Counted from the first letter of the stretch, positions 1-14,222 are shown. The stretch: DNA of 64,000 nucleotides from Octopus vulgaris (GCA_951406725.2 OX597817.1:175274001-175338000); one strand, 5' to 3'. Notes: a model not told the origin generated them from the letters alone. Made by a program: numbers and translations.

Positions 1-240
1 TATCTGGGAGACGTCTGTGAACAATTTATTCACAAAACTATTCTATTTAATCCTGTTTTCCTACGCCAACTAATTAACAATTTTGTAAATTTCCTTAAAG
101 GCTTCTTTCTCATTATTTCATCAAACATAGGAACGACTGCTACTCTTATGTTGTTATGAAAACTTCAAAACAAATCTGGAATTTTCTCCAGAGAAAATGA
201 AATTTAATATCAATTATTGCCTAATTTTATAATATTAACA

Positions 241-845
241 TTAGGCTGGACCAAAAGTTCGTACCATTTCTGATGTAAAATTCAGTAACCATATTTAGAT
301 ATTTGTATATACCTTTATTCAACCACATATGTCTTATTTTGTTCCATTACCGTTTGCCATCCTTGAGGCAGCTTCATGACCCCATCCTCTCAGAACTTGA
401 CATCTTTCTGGGTCATGAACTGGTCTAAGTGATTTTTATAATCTTCCAAAGAATTGAAGTCCTTCTCTTTAAGAGAAATTTTTCAGGGATCAAAATGAAC
501 AGTAATCCAAAGGTGCAAGGCCGGATGAGTACAATGGGGATGGTAGGACATCCCAGTCAAGCGGTTCTAGTTTCTACTGGATCGGTAAGGTAACATGAAA
601 TATAGCGTTGTCCTGAGGGTAGATGACACTCTTCTAATTGGTCATTTCGGAATGTTTTCATTGATTGCCCCCCTTTAATCAGTCTAATAATGAATAATAA
701 TTGTCTGAGTACGATTGATTTTACTGAAGGAACTCGTAATAAGCAGTGCCCTTCCAGTCCCACCAGATAGAGAGCATCACCTTCTTCTGATATTGACCGG
801 CTTTTGGTAAGAATACCATCGCTGGGATTTCCTTATTGCAAGCCA
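241..845 (-). mobile_element. Decayed mariner transposon, 3' half (DDD transposase remnant plus terminal inverted repeat)
   Basis: Minus-strand translation gives KKVMLSIWWDWKG (about 760-790) and WDVLPSPLYSSGLAPLDY (about 500-558), matching the mariner WWD and YSPDLAPSDY motifs, with stops and frameshifts. TIR-like TTAGGCTGGACCAAAAGTTCGT at 241. Confidence 0.85.
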
Positions 846-849
846 AAAT

Positions 850-3444
850 GCGGAGCTACACAAGAAGCACCTACTAACTCTTTTTGATAGACTGGAACAG
901 TATGGTCAAGTAATTAACCCAACCAAGTGTGTTCTTGTGGTTACAGAGATCGACTTCTTGGGGCATCGAATCACAGGTGCTGGTACTCCACCCTGCCAGA
1001 AAAAGCGAAAGTTATCTTTTCCAAGCTTCACCACAAGCAAGGCTCTACACCGATTTCTGGTCATAGTAAACTTTTACTGATTCTTTATTACCCACAAGGG
1101 GCTAAACACAGAGGGGACAAACAAGGACAGACATAGGTATTAAGTCGATTACATCGACCCCAGTGCGGAACTGGTACTTAATTTATCGACCCCGAAAGGA
1201 TGAAAGGCAAAGTCGACCTCGGCGGAATTTGAACTCAAAACGTAACGACAGACGAAATACCGCTAAGCATTTCATCCGGCGTGCTAACGTTTCTGCCAGC
1301 TCGCCGTCTTTGGTCATAGTAAACTTTTACCATCGCTTTATCCCTTCTGTAGCAAGAGTGATGAGACTCCTATACCAAGCACTACCAAAAGTTGGTTCAA
1401 AAAGACAGGTGGAGTGGGATGGTGCAATGACCTCAGCCTTTAAACCCACAAAACAAGCTCGCGCTAAAGCAGCCATGCTGTCCCATCCTCATATGTCGAC
1501 TCGGACTGCACTCACAGTCGATGTCTCCTACACAACCATTGGAGGTGTTTTGGAACAACGCTTCAACGGTCAATGTCGACCACTTGCCTTCTTCATTCGA
1601 CGACAACAACATCCTTAGCAGAAATACAGTGCTTTTGACAGGAAACTGGTAACTGTAAATCTAGGTGTCCACCGCTTTCGCTATTTTCTTGAAGGCTGCA
1701 CGTTTACAGTGTTTACAGACCACAAACCCCTCACATTTGCTATGAGCAAGCTCTCAGAGCCTTGGTCTGCACGCCAGCAACGACTGCTATCGGCCATTTC
1801 TGAGTACACCACGGACATCCAACACATAACTGGAAAAGGGAACCTAGTCGCCGACGCACTCCCTCGTGCCGCTGCCTGCTCTCACTCCTACCTAGCCCTA
1901 ATAACTGAAGGCCTGGATTATGAGGCTATGGCTGCACCCAACAGACAGATGTCGAGAACAGGTCCTACCACACTGCCATCACATCACATTCCTTGCAGGA
2001 TATGCACTTTGGCTCCAACGGCACAACCCTACTGTGTGATGTATCCACTGGAAAGCCACGACCGATCGTCCTATTAGCCTATCACAGGAAGGTTTTCGAC
2101 ATCATTCGCGGGATGTCCCACCCAGGTACTAGAGCCACACAGTGCTTCTTGTCAAGCAAATTTATATGGCACAGCATGGCCAAGCAAATTGGGGAGTGGA
2201 ACCAAAACCTGCATCCTCTGACAGCATGCCAAGGTCCATCAGCACACCAAAGCACCTCTCGGCAAGCTATGAACCACCACAGGCCCATTTCAACTACGTC
2301 AACATTGATCTTGTCGACCCCTTAACATCTTCACGTGGTTGATCGTATCTACTGACCTTGGGAGAGACCGCTACACTCGTTGGCCTGAAGTTATCCCACT
2401 CTGCAGCACGGAAACACAAGAAGTCAGCCGAGCCTTCATCACAAACTGGGTCGCCCGTTTAGGCGTCCCAGACAGCATCACATCCGTTCGAGGTCCACAA
2501 TTCACCTCAAAGCTGTGGAATGACATGTGTGACCTTTTTAGAATTACAATGAGGGACAACAACCTACCATCCACAGGCCAACGAGTGAGTTGAGATATTT
2601 CAGCGTCGCCTGAAGGAATCCCTGACAACCAGACTTAACGGGACCATTGGATCGATAAACTTCCATGGGTGATGCTGGGAATCTGCAACGCCCCAAAGGA
2701 AAATCTCAAAACTTCTGCGGAAATGGTGTATGGTGCCCCTCTTACAGTGCCAGGAGAGTTCCCTCCGAACGCGAAGTCAGACCCGGATGTCAAAAGGTAC
2801 CTCGCACAAGTGAGAGACAGTGTGGGCCAGTTGCGCCCTTCTCCCATGTCAACACATGGTACACGTAGATCATCCGTACCAGAGGACCTCCGCACGGCTA
2901 ACCTTGTGTTCTTTAGACGTTACACCCAACGAAAACATCCTCAGCCACCCTACGATGGGCCATATGAAGTCATATGTCCGGGAGACAATATATTTCCAAT
3001 TCCTAATTGGCGGATTACATGACACAATTTCCATCGATAGGTTGAAACCCGCCCATCTCGATATTGACAACCCCGTCCAAGTAGTTCAACCACCAAACAA
3101 GGGTCATCCCAAGCAAATCACATCTTGGCGGCAAGGAACAGTCACCAAACAGCCGAGTAACGACACGCATAGGCAGGGCATTTAAAACGCCTTTCCGGTT
3201 CCAATGACAGTCAACAGTTCTGGTAGGGAGCTATATGTAGGACATTGCCCAAGGATTTATGACGAACTGTAGAAGGAAACTTCGCTGCGGGCTAGTTAGG
3301 GAGCTGGTCTGCGGTGAAGTGGAGTTCCGGTTAAGCGGACTTTCTATCAAATAGGAGCTGACTGGCGGCTGTCGCCCTTGTGAATTTAACTGATTAAATC
3401 TTTCGTTAACACAATCTGGGTCTCCGTTATTTTTTTTGTGTACA
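850..3444 (+). mobile_element. Ty3/Gypsy LTR retrotransposon remnant (RT end, RNase H, integrase, putative 3' LTR)
   Basis: Frameshifted ORFs with LTVDVS..IGGVLEQ and FTDHKPL (RNase H), HPGTRAT (integrase zinc finger), DRYTRWPEVIP and GPQFTS (integrase core), and PPYDGPY (GPY/F). Purine-rich tract at about 3222-3230 followed by a TGTAG...TACA segment at 3236-3444 that contains ATTAAA. Confidence 0.92.
1078..1310 (-). mobile_element. tRNA-derived SINE (family A) inserted into the Gypsy pol
   Basis: Minus strand has A-box-like GAGCTGGCAGAAACG and B-box GAGTTCAAATTCC. Flanked by a 20-bp target-site duplication TGGTCATAGTAAACTTTTAC (1058-1077, 1311-1330). The same family recurs at about 7435-7660, 9790-9980, 16705-16840, 36870-37295 and 58050-58215. 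Confidence 0.92.
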
Positions 3445-3497
3445 GCTTAACTAAAGCTATAATGTCACCTTTCATAAAAATATCATTATATATATAT

Positions 3498-3538
<41 letters not shown>

Positions 3539-3661
3539 ACTTGACCCTGTTATCTCCCCTACTGTCCCTCTCGCGTCTGACCACTGTCCGAAGTCAGGAC
3601 GCCATGATAGATCGTAGCTCCTACACGCATTTTTTTCTCTCCTTGCTTTTTTTTTTGTGTA

Positions 3662-3699
3662 TCTTTCTGTCGAAGAGCGTAGGCTCGAAACGTAAAAGA
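3662..3699 (+). ncRNA. Minimal type I hammerhead-like motif with variant core (CUGUCGA)
   Basis: TCTTT-CTGTCGA-A-GAGC gtag GCTC-GAAA-CG-TA-AAAGA: 5-bp stem I, 4-bp stem II, ACGT palindromic stem III. It lies in a repeat that recurs reversed at about 63375-63520. Confidence 0.55.
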
Positions 3700-3795
3700 C
3701 TTTTTCTATTTCTATTCCTGAGCGCTATACTAATACATTTGCTTGTTTGTACTCCACCTGCCTTCGTCTTTTGTTTATTTTCGTAAACTTTCCCG

Positions 3796-3958
<163 letters not shown>

Positions 3959-4761
3959 ACCTGAGATGAGAGACAAGATTACGTGTTTAAACGCTCCCGG
4001 TTGAAAAACGGTGCAAACTTTTGCTCCAACCCTATATTTTTAGTTAACCCGTATCAGATATGTTAACAGCGTTAACATGACACTTGTGTTGACTTAACAC
4101 TAACTCAACTGCATATAATTATTTTTACTTAGCCTGTATCAAATATATTAATACTAACCTAGTTAACTGCTATTCGGTCTGGTATTTTTACTATGTGGCC
4201 TATATTGTCTTATAGTTACAGAAAATAACGTCTTTTGGGGAATAAAGAGAAAAAAAAGCAACAACAAAACAAAAGCACAAATAACTGAATATAAAGTCAT
4301 GTTTTATTACAATTCATAAATTATTCCAAAACGTCTTTCAAGGCCTTTTTCGGTCTTAAGTTCGGTGGAGTTATTATTATTGATAAATATATTAGATATT
4401 TGTTTCTTTATGATGTATTCCTTCTTCTGAAATGAATACGTCAACAATATCAATGAATTTTCCGAGTCAACAAGACACCTCTGCGTAGTCATTCAGTTTG
4501 CTAGAAATAATCACCAAATCTCTTTCAAACAACATTCAACTGTCTTTAAGACAAAAAGACACATCAGATAATGTAATCTTCGACAGACAACACATTACGT
4601 CACAGCTTGAGAGCATCTAACAGACCTTCTCAGTGTTGGATCTGGCACTAAATGACGACAACCATTAATTCCTTTACATATATATATATAAACGATAAAC
4701 TTGGAAATAGATACGTGGCGTTCAATCATATAATAATATAAATAATATATATATATATATG

Positions 4762-5251
<490 letters not shown>

Positions 5252-5294
5252 CATGGTCATATATGTATATATATGTGCATATATATATATATAT

Positions 5295-5533
5295 AAAATT
5301 ATAATTTAGAGTATCTAAGAGATATCACCACGCTGGAAATAGCAGTCAAAACTTGACTCTAAAGTCACATTAAATGTTCATACAGCCCCAGCAGAGAAGA
5401 CAAAGAGACAAAATAAACTAGCAAAAAAATTACTGGATAATTCCAGATCCCGGATTTCTGACTCTACATAAGAAATGCTCTGGTCTCACCAGTGGAATAT
5501 ACTCAGAAAGCACATAAATACATATACATATAT

Positions 5534-5616
<83 letters not shown>

Positions 5617-6375
5617 TATATATAGATATATTTAAAAAAGGAGATGTGGAACACGAGTTGTGATATATAAAAAAAGGAAATGAAGAAAATGCTGACAAAA
5701 TAATTTAAGTAAGGGAGAGTGTATTTAATTAGGTGAAAGTTCTTTTTTAAACAAAAAAAGAGAAAAATTGGGTTAGAATATAATGTTCATTTTTTGTGAA
5801 TGATTTCAGTGTATAAGAAAAAGTAAGAGTCTTTTACAGTGTTCTGTTTGAGAATAAGATATTTAGTAAAAGCGTGTAATATACAGTTTTTTGTGGAAAA
5901 GTTCAATGTCAGATTTCAGTGTAGAATAAAATAAAGTAAGAGTTTACCGGTTGCACATTTGTTATGCTTATCAAAAGATATTTTGAGTGACATAGAGTTC
6001 CTTTCTGATTGATTTTTTCTCCTATCTCAGATAAGAGAAAAAAACCAATAAGAAAGGAACTCTATGTCACTCAAAATATCTTTTGATAAGCATAACAAAT
6101 GTGCAACCGGTAAACTCTTACTTTTTTTTCTACACTGAAATCTGACATTGAACTTTTCCACAAAAAACTGTATAAACACGCTTTTACTAAATATCTTATT
6201 CTCAAACAGAACACTGTAAAAGACTCTTACTTTTCTTATACACTGAAATCATTCACAAAAAATGAACATTGTATTCTAACCCAATTTTCCCTTTTTTTGT
6301 TTAAAAAAAGAACTTTCACCTAATTAAATACACTCTCCCTTACTTAAATTATTTTGTCAGCATATTCTTCATTTC

Positions 6376-6435
<60 letters not shown>

Positions 6436-6960
6436 GACATACGATATACTTACATATACAAACGTATACATACATACATACATATAAATGCACGTATGCA
6501 CACGACCACTTTAAATTACCCGCCTAAAACACCTCATGCGATATGGTCAGAATACCACCGAAATGAATATGATGACGAAATAAGTATATAAATATATATA
6601 AGCTGGTATTCTGATCATATCGCACGAGTAGTTTTAGGCGGGCAATTTAAACTGGTCGTGTGCATACGTGCATATATATGTATGTATACGTTCGTATATG
6701 TAAGTATATAGTATGTTGTATATACATATATTTGTATTTATGTGCTTTTTGAGTATATTCCACTGGTGAAGGCTGAGCATTTCTTATGCAGTGCCAGAAA
6801 TCCAGGATCTTGAATTATCCAGTAATTTTATTGTTAGTTTATTTTGTCTCTTTGTCTTCTCTCGTAGTACTGTATGTACATTTAATGTGGTTTTAGAGTC
6901 AAGTTTTGGCTGCTTTTTCCAGCGTGGTGATATCTCTTAGATCTCCTAAATTATAATTTT
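5295..6960. repeat. Nested inverted-repeat complex (outer arms enclosing two hairpins)
   Basis: Outer arms about 5295-5530 and 6725-6960. Inner hairpin about 5672-6380 centred near 6027. Second inner hairpin about 6433-6722. Confidence 0.93.
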
Positions 6961-7040
6961 AAATAATTATTACCTTTGAAGGTTTTTATTTCCATGCTGG
7001 CCACCTGATAAGATCGGTATTTAAATATCCTTATATATAA

Positions 7041-7153
<113 letters not shown>

Positions 7154-7434
7154 TATGCGTGTCTTTGTGTCTGTTTGTACCCCCATCATCGCTTAACAAG
7201 AGGTTTTGGTGTGTTTACGTCCCCGTAACTTAGCGGTTTGGCAAAAGACCGATAGAATAAATACCAGGGTTTAAAAAATAACTACTGGGGAGTAGATTCA
7301 TTCGACTAAAAGAAAAAAAATTCAAGGCGGTGCCCCAGCATGGCAGCTGTCTATTGACTGAAGCAAGTAAAAGAAAAAGATAAAATATATATGTATGTAT
7401 ACAGACACACACACACACATGTAAGATCATATTT

Positions 7435-7660
7435 TATTTCTTTACTACCCACAAGGGGCTAAACACAGAGGGGGACGAACAAGGACAGAGAAACAGATTA
7501 TATCGACCCCAGTGCGTAACTGGTACTTATTTAATCGACCCCGAAAGGATGAAAGGCAAAGTCGACCTCGGCGGAATTTGAACTCAGGAAGTAGCGACAG
7601 ACGAAATGCTGCTGAGCATTTCGCCCGGCGTGCTAACGTTTCTGCCAGCTCGCCGCCTTT
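7435..7660 (-). mobile_element. tRNA-derived SINE family A, full length
   Basis: Near identical to 1078-1310, flanked by a TGTAAGA(T/C)CATATT duplication. Confidence 0.9.
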
Positions 7661-8194
7661 GTAAGACCATATTCAACTACCATTCATATATTTAAAGCGT
7701 GAAACAATATTCCTTCCCATATTGTCTGAACAAGCCTCGAGTCAGCCTTGATTGAACAGAACAATGACAAAATGCATTCGTACTGTAACATTCATTGTAT
7801 TAGTTCTTCCTCTTACTATGACAGTAGCAATTTAAGGAAATTTAGGTGTTTATTTCTCGCAAGCCGTTCCACCATTTACAGACCGCTCTGTTGATTCGTC
7901 ATATACTTTTATCTGTACATATGTATTTGTTTTCAAATAATTGAGTTTGCCTAAATTAGCTCATGTGCAACAATACAAAGATGGTGTGACGATGTATATA
8001 TAAATATTTCGGTATATACAGCATAAGCATGTTGTAAATGTAATGTTTGTTGTCAAAACTGATCCCAACACAGCTGGATTGTATATATTTCCATCTATAT
8101 GCTTCTAAGTATATGTTTGTGTGAGTATACATGTTTTCATGGCGTATGTATGTATGTGAATTTCAAATCCTTTCCAAGATGTTTTCTACATATA

Positions 8195-8357
8195 GTCGTA
8201 GGAATGGTTGTGTGGTATGTAGTTTGCTTACCAACCACATGGTTCCGGGCTCAGTCACACTGCGTGGCACCTTGGGCAAGTGTCTTCCACTGTAGCCTCG
8301 GGCCGATCAAAGCCTTGTGAGTGGATTTGGTAGACGGAAACTGAAAGAAGCCCGTCG

Positions 8358-8410
<53 letters not shown>

Positions 8411-8625
8411 CTGTGTCTGTGTTTCTGTGTCTGTGTTTGTCCCCCAACATCGATTGACAATTGATGCTGGTGTGTTTACGTCCCCGTAACTTAGCAGTTC
8501 GGCAAAAGAGACCGATAGAATAAGTACTAGGCTTACAAAGAATAAGTCCTGGGGTCGATTTGTTCGGCTAAAGGCGGTGCTCCAGCATGGCCACAATCAA
8601 ATGACTGAAACAAGTAAAAGAGTAT
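8195..8625 (+). mobile_element. SINE family B (about 430 bp, internal (TA)n/(TG)n)
   Basis: Head ...GTGTGGTA..TAG.TTGCTTACCAACCACATGGTTCCGGG.TCAGTC, tail GACTGAAACAAGTAAAAGAG. Further full or partial copies at about 7150-7380, 17260-17400, 25920-26570, 30350-30600, 30970-31348, 32629-32822, 34505-34880, 39745-40155, 44170-44700, 48890-49341 and 61440-61795. Confidence 0.9.
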
Positions 8626-9056
8626 AGATACAACATACAGGTGAGAAATAGTAGATTCAGAAGTGGTGACAAAGAGACGGACGTATATATACATATGTGA
8701 ACATATATGTGTACCAGTGTGTGTGTGCGTGTGCGTGTGTGTGTGTGAACATATACGTGAGTTCTTCTTTCTTACTCAGTGAAGAAACTGAGGAAATATT
8801 CGTGCGAGTTCAAACAAACATTTGTAGAGCAAAGATTTATAAAAAAATATAACAAAGTTTCGTTTTGCACTTATGATGGATGAATTACCCGTGGACGCTA
8901 TTTCGTTAATAACCTGTGCATTTATCTCTTAAAATTAGGGAAGCATTATTAACAACTTGTAAAAAATAATTCAATTTTTTTTTTTTTTTTTTTTTAGTAT
9001 TTTTCTTTTTACTGTAAATTCTTCTTTCACTTTGATGATACAATGCTTCTTGGTAT

Positions 9057-9649
9057 TTAACTTAAATCTGGCCTCTTTGAAGTAGTGTTGAAGATTTCTG
9101 TTGTGAAATTATGGTTGCACATGTCTTTGAAAATTTGTGGTTTGTCGTCTGCCAATTGCACCAACTGTTTGTAATTTGATACATAGTATGTGTAGTTTTC
9201 ATGAGGTTGACTGCTCAGAAAGTGGAAATCACGCGTATGGTTAGTTTGTCCTGAGCCAATGCTAACAACAAACAATCTTGTGCGTACTCCTTTGAGCTTT
9301 CTAGTTTCTTCAAGCAGGCTATCTGAAATATTCGTCATCTCTGAATCTACGAAGAGTACGGCTGTCGGAGTTCCCGAATGCTCTTTAAGTACAGTGTGTG
9401 TGTAAATAAGATTCCTCATTTTCTTCACAATATCAACAAGAGTCGGAAAATTATTTTCCTGAACTAGCTGTCGAGTGAAATTTGTCACTGATGTGAGAGG
9501 GATACTAAAGCCGCTTGGGCAATAAGCGTAGTTTGTAACACCGAAATATTGGTAAGTCATATATGGTAGAAGTTTGCTTATAAATGTCGATATCTTCGCG
9601 GTACGGTTATAGCCCAGGGACACCATGTCGTAACCAAACAGGATGACAG
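9057..9649 (-). CDS. Terminal coding exon of the VWA-domain protein (degenerate VWA-like domain)
   Basis: Acceptor TTCTCTTTCAAAG|CT (phase 1), 196 further sense codons to TAA at 9057-9059. VWA-like pattern (AVLFVD, RLFVVSIG, SSQPHENYTYYVSNYKQL, terminal Cys) without DxSxS. Seven N-x-S/T sequons. Confidence 0.85.
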
Positions 9650-10232
9650 CTTTGAAAGAGAAATAAATCAACGTTAATAAACACTCATGATTTTTTTCAG
9701 TTTTTAGATTTTAGTTCATTAATGTTATTCTATTTAGGCATGAGGCTTTGGTTATGTATATTGGTTTCAAATTTTGGTACAAAACCAGCAATTTGAACTC
9801 AGAACATAAAGATGGACAAAATGCCGCTAAGCATTTTTCCCAGCGTGCTAACGATTCTTATTTATTTACTGCCCACAAGGGGCTAAACATAGAGGGGACA
9901 AACAAGGACAGACAAAGGGATTAAGTCGATTACATCGACCCCAATGCGTAACTGGTACTTATTTAATCGACCCCGAAATGGGGATTCTAGAGGGAAATGA
10001 AAAGCAATACGCTATAACATTCATGACTTCTCTCACGGAACTAATTTGCATAAGTAAAGAGAAATTGTTTTAATTACTAATCGAAATCTCAATTCTATGC
10101 GCTCTTAAATTAATGATAAAGATGATTTCTTGATTAGGCGCCTTCAGCACCTCAAGGAGCCTAAAATTAAAAGTTTGAGAAGTTTATAACATACGTCCCT
10201 TTCTCTCTCTCTCTCTCTCTCTTTTCTTTCTT

Positions 10233-10263
<31 letters not shown>

Positions 10264-10272
10264 TTTCTTTCT

Positions 10273-10310
<38 letters not shown>

Positions 10311-11467
10311 TACACTTCTTTTCTTTCTCCGCGTATGTAACTCACATGAAGCGTGAGAATTTCACCTAACATCTGAATATACGAGCACCAATTTTCAATA
10401 GGTTTGAATGGAAGGCTTTATCCGACGACTGGATGCCTTTAGCGGGGCTCAGTTTGATAGAAACAAATAATTTCCTCGTGTTATTGCAAAGATAAAGTTT
10501 CAGGGAGGAAACTCTTATCAGATATTACTCATTTAATTCCTTATCTTAATGGAACACAAATTTTTACGAACTTTCTATCTCTCTTAGGCAATTAAACTTC
10601 AGGAATAAATAGTATTCATTTAGCCGTTGTTTTATACAGCCGTTGCTGCATGTGAGTTAAGGCAAAGCAAATTCAGTTTAATCTAATTAAATTAAACCAA
10701 ATGAATCAAACTAGTGATTCTGAGAAGAAGAGTAAAAAAGTTCGATGCTAACACAAGAAACGGTTGGATACTTACTTGCTTCGGTCTTCGGTAAAATCTC
10801 TGGCCTTCCTTTTCCTGAAAGAGGAAAAAGTTAGAGACAAAAGATAAATTAATAATTCTTTTTAGAATAGGAACAAGGTCGGAAATGCTGTGGTTGGGAG
10901 CTAGTTTTTGCCAGCTTGCTGCCTTAAAAAAAAAACCCTGCACTTCCTAACAACAGATGCAGCCATATGATAAGCATCTTGTCGTGCTAACGATTCTGGC
11001 AACTCGCCGCCTTCTTTTTTCTTTCTCCTACAGACATCAGTGTTTTCAATTGCGTTTTCACCTGTTAGCGTCTCCAGATGCAAACTTTGTTGTCTCTTGA
11101 CGTCTCTGGTTGGGACTTAGGCGCAACTCGTATAAATTAAAGTTATTATATAATGATATTAAAGATGAACTACAGCAAATATTCTGTTCAATACCACAGA
11201 TTTTCTAGTCAGTTATGTTACCTTAACCAGTTAACCCTTAGTGACTGACAATACGTGCTTCTCTGATCACGAGCAGAAGTAAAATTCTAACTGGGCCCCA
11301 CCTACAAGGTCATGCGTTGTTTATCTTGATATGAGATCACCATATCGCAGACATATGATTGTGACATATGATGTGACTTATAATACGAGTAATCATGATG
11401 GGTATACTGGGCTTCGTGTATTTTACCCTCCAATGTCACTTTGATGGCATGCACTGCTCTCTCACTC

Positions 11468-11537
<70 letters not shown>

Positions 11538-11539
<2 letters not shown>

Positions 11540-11835
11540 CAACCTTGACGATTTGAAGTGGGAAATACGAAGGTTGTGGTCAATGAGAAGAGTAGAAGTG
11601 GTACCAATAGCAACTGGCGAACTTGGAAGTATCAGCATTCATCTACAAACATGGCTCAATATGATTGGTACAAATGTAAAGGTAGAACACCTACAAAAAT
11701 CAGCTTTGCTTGGAACTGCAAGAATTCTTCGTAGGTGTCTTGAAGCACAACCAGTTAACAGGTGTCACCTTAGTCTGCTGTCCACAGACAGCTGATACTT
11801 TCCATTATACCCAACAAAATAAGCTGTTAGTGTTC

Positions 11836-11836
<1 letters not shown>
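11538..11836 (+). mobile_element. 3' fragment of an RLE-type (R4/Dong-like) non-LTR retrotransposon within (AAT)n
   Basis: LKWEIRRLW..VEVVPIATGELG..LQKSALLGTARILR is the C-terminus of a restriction-like endonuclease domain. (AAT)n on both sides. Confidence 0.85.
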
Positions 11837-11904
<68 letters not shown>

Positions 11905-11906
11905 TG

Positions 11907-11988
<82 letters not shown>

Positions 11989-12017
11989 TAATAATGATGA
12001 TGATAATGATAATAATA

Positions 12018-12048
<31 letters not shown>

Positions 12049-12057
12049 TAATAAATA

Positions 12058-12120
<63 letters not shown>

Positions 12121-12169
12121 CTACTACTACTAATAATAATAATAATAATACTACTAATAATGATAATGA

Positions 12170-12250
<81 letters not shown>
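11837..12250. repeat. (AAT)n/(GAT)n/(ACT)n trinucleotide array
   Basis: Direct reading. Confidence 0.98.
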
Positions 12251-12253
<3 letters not shown>

Positions 12254-12807
12254 CCCTGTTGCAGTACCAGGCAGTGGCTCTCGTGGCTTCTGATCTTAAC
12301 TGATTGGAAGTGTTATCGTGTACATTGTTTTGTCTTGGTATAAAAGATGGGCTACAGCAAATATTCTGCTCAACACCACAGATTTGCTTGTCAGTTGTTT
12401 GACCTTAACCAGTTGAGCATGTCCCTTAGTGGCTGACGATATGTGCATCTCTGATCACGAGCAGAAGTAGTGGGGGAGCATCATAGCCATGTGTTGAGAG
12501 GGATTTTTTGGGGGTTTGAATAATTCACCCCTGGAAACATGGGTGGTTCTTTCAACATCCTTAAACAACCCTTATTCAGGGACCTTTTGAGCGGGATGGG
12601 TTACTCGACCAGAAGAAAATTCTAACTGGGTCTTACCTGCAAGGTCATGTGCTGTTTATCTTGATATGAGATCACCATGTCACGCACATATGGTTATGAT
12701 GCATGTGCCTTGTATACCCTTATCAGATGGGTAGTCATGATGGGTATACTGGGCTTCGTATATTTTCCCCCAGTGTCACTTTGATGGCATGCACTGCTCT
12801 CTCACTC

Positions 12808-12808
<1 letters not shown>
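12251..12808 (+). mobile_element. Unclassified about 560-bp non-coding interspersed repeat ending in (AAT)n
   Basis: An internally deleted second copy at about 11160-11470 shares the identical 3' end GATGGCATGCACTGCTCTCTCACTC-(AAT)n. Confidence 0.7.
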
Positions 12809-12888
<80 letters not shown>

Positions 12889-12937
12889 AAGAAAAAGAAA
12901 AAGAAAAAAGAAAAAGAAAAAGAAGAAGAAGAAGAAC

Positions 12938-13812
12938 TGCCAAGAAAAAAAAGAAACAACAAAAGCTGTAAAACAACTGAAATCCAAACTAAAACTGGAA
13001 CAGCAACGTATCATGATAAAGCGATTTCCAGAAAATCCCTTCCATAGCAAACATTGGTTTAAACTAAATAGAAAAGAAATAGACAAAACAAAAGCCCAAC
13101 AATAGCTGAGAAGCTCAGGACTCAAAGCAGAGACTGAAGGATACCAAAAACGCAATGAAAAGAAATACAAGTAACAGCAGGATATGTGGAGATGGAGAAG
13201 AAACAAAAGATCATATTGTCTCTGGCTAAGAAGGAATATATTCACAGACACGACAGAGTTGGGACCTATATACACTGGAAGCTATGCCAACACTATAGAA
13301 TAGCAACAGAAAAAGATGGTATAGGCACACGCCAGAAAAGGTCACAGAAAATGAGAAAGTAACCATACTCTGGGATTTGCCAATACACACAGATAGAAAA
13401 ATTAAGGCCAACAAGCCAGATATAGTTGTCAGAGATCACCAAGAAAAAATGCTTTCTAATCGATGTATCAATACCAACAGATAACAATGTTTCTCTAAAA
13501 GAAACGGGGAAACTTTCAAAATACAAAGATCTGGAAATAAAGGTAACTTGAATGTGGAATCTAAAATCAGAAACAATTCCTATCATAGTACGCGTATTAG
13601 GTATGGTAAAAAAATATTCAGACCAATGCGTAACAAAATCATCAGGACTAACATGTTTATATAACATACAGAAAATAGCATTACTAGGCACTGCATACAT
13701 CCTACGTAAAACACTTTCAACACAGTAAAAGTAAGAGCATCACAACAGATCACAGCACATACCCAAGGCACAGAGAGCTGCGTTCGGTAGTGAAGTGAAA
13801 GTACGTGATAAA
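12938..13812 (+). mobile_element. RLE-type (R4/Dong-like) LINE 3' remnant
   Basis: Degenerate reading: YIHRHDRVGTYIHW, ILWDLPIHTDRKIKANKPDIVVRD, LIDVSIP, KLSKYKDLEI, IQKIALLG. Confidence 0.88.
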
Positions 13813-14222
13813 ACTAAGACCCCAACATAGTCGCAGTTCAGTTATTGGAACAAGTAAGAAAGCAAATCACAATTATGAAAAAATTTACTTCCATTATAAA
13901 TTAGTTATATGATATTAAAGCATTTTACAGATTATTTTTATAAGTCAAAAAGTAGAGATCTATTCATATATTTGTTCAAGGATGAAAATATTTGTCATTG
14001 TCCCAAAGCAATGCGTCATCATAACACTGAAATTTAATACATATATTTCGTTTACTTCTATCAAAAAGCGAGGAAGAATATCCACTCCTATGTACACACG
14101 CAGACAAACGCGCAGACAGACAGGCAAACAGACAGATAGATAGTGAAGCATACTTATGTTTACACACAGGCATTCACATACATACATACACACACTTGAA
14201 TTATCATTATTATTATTATTAA

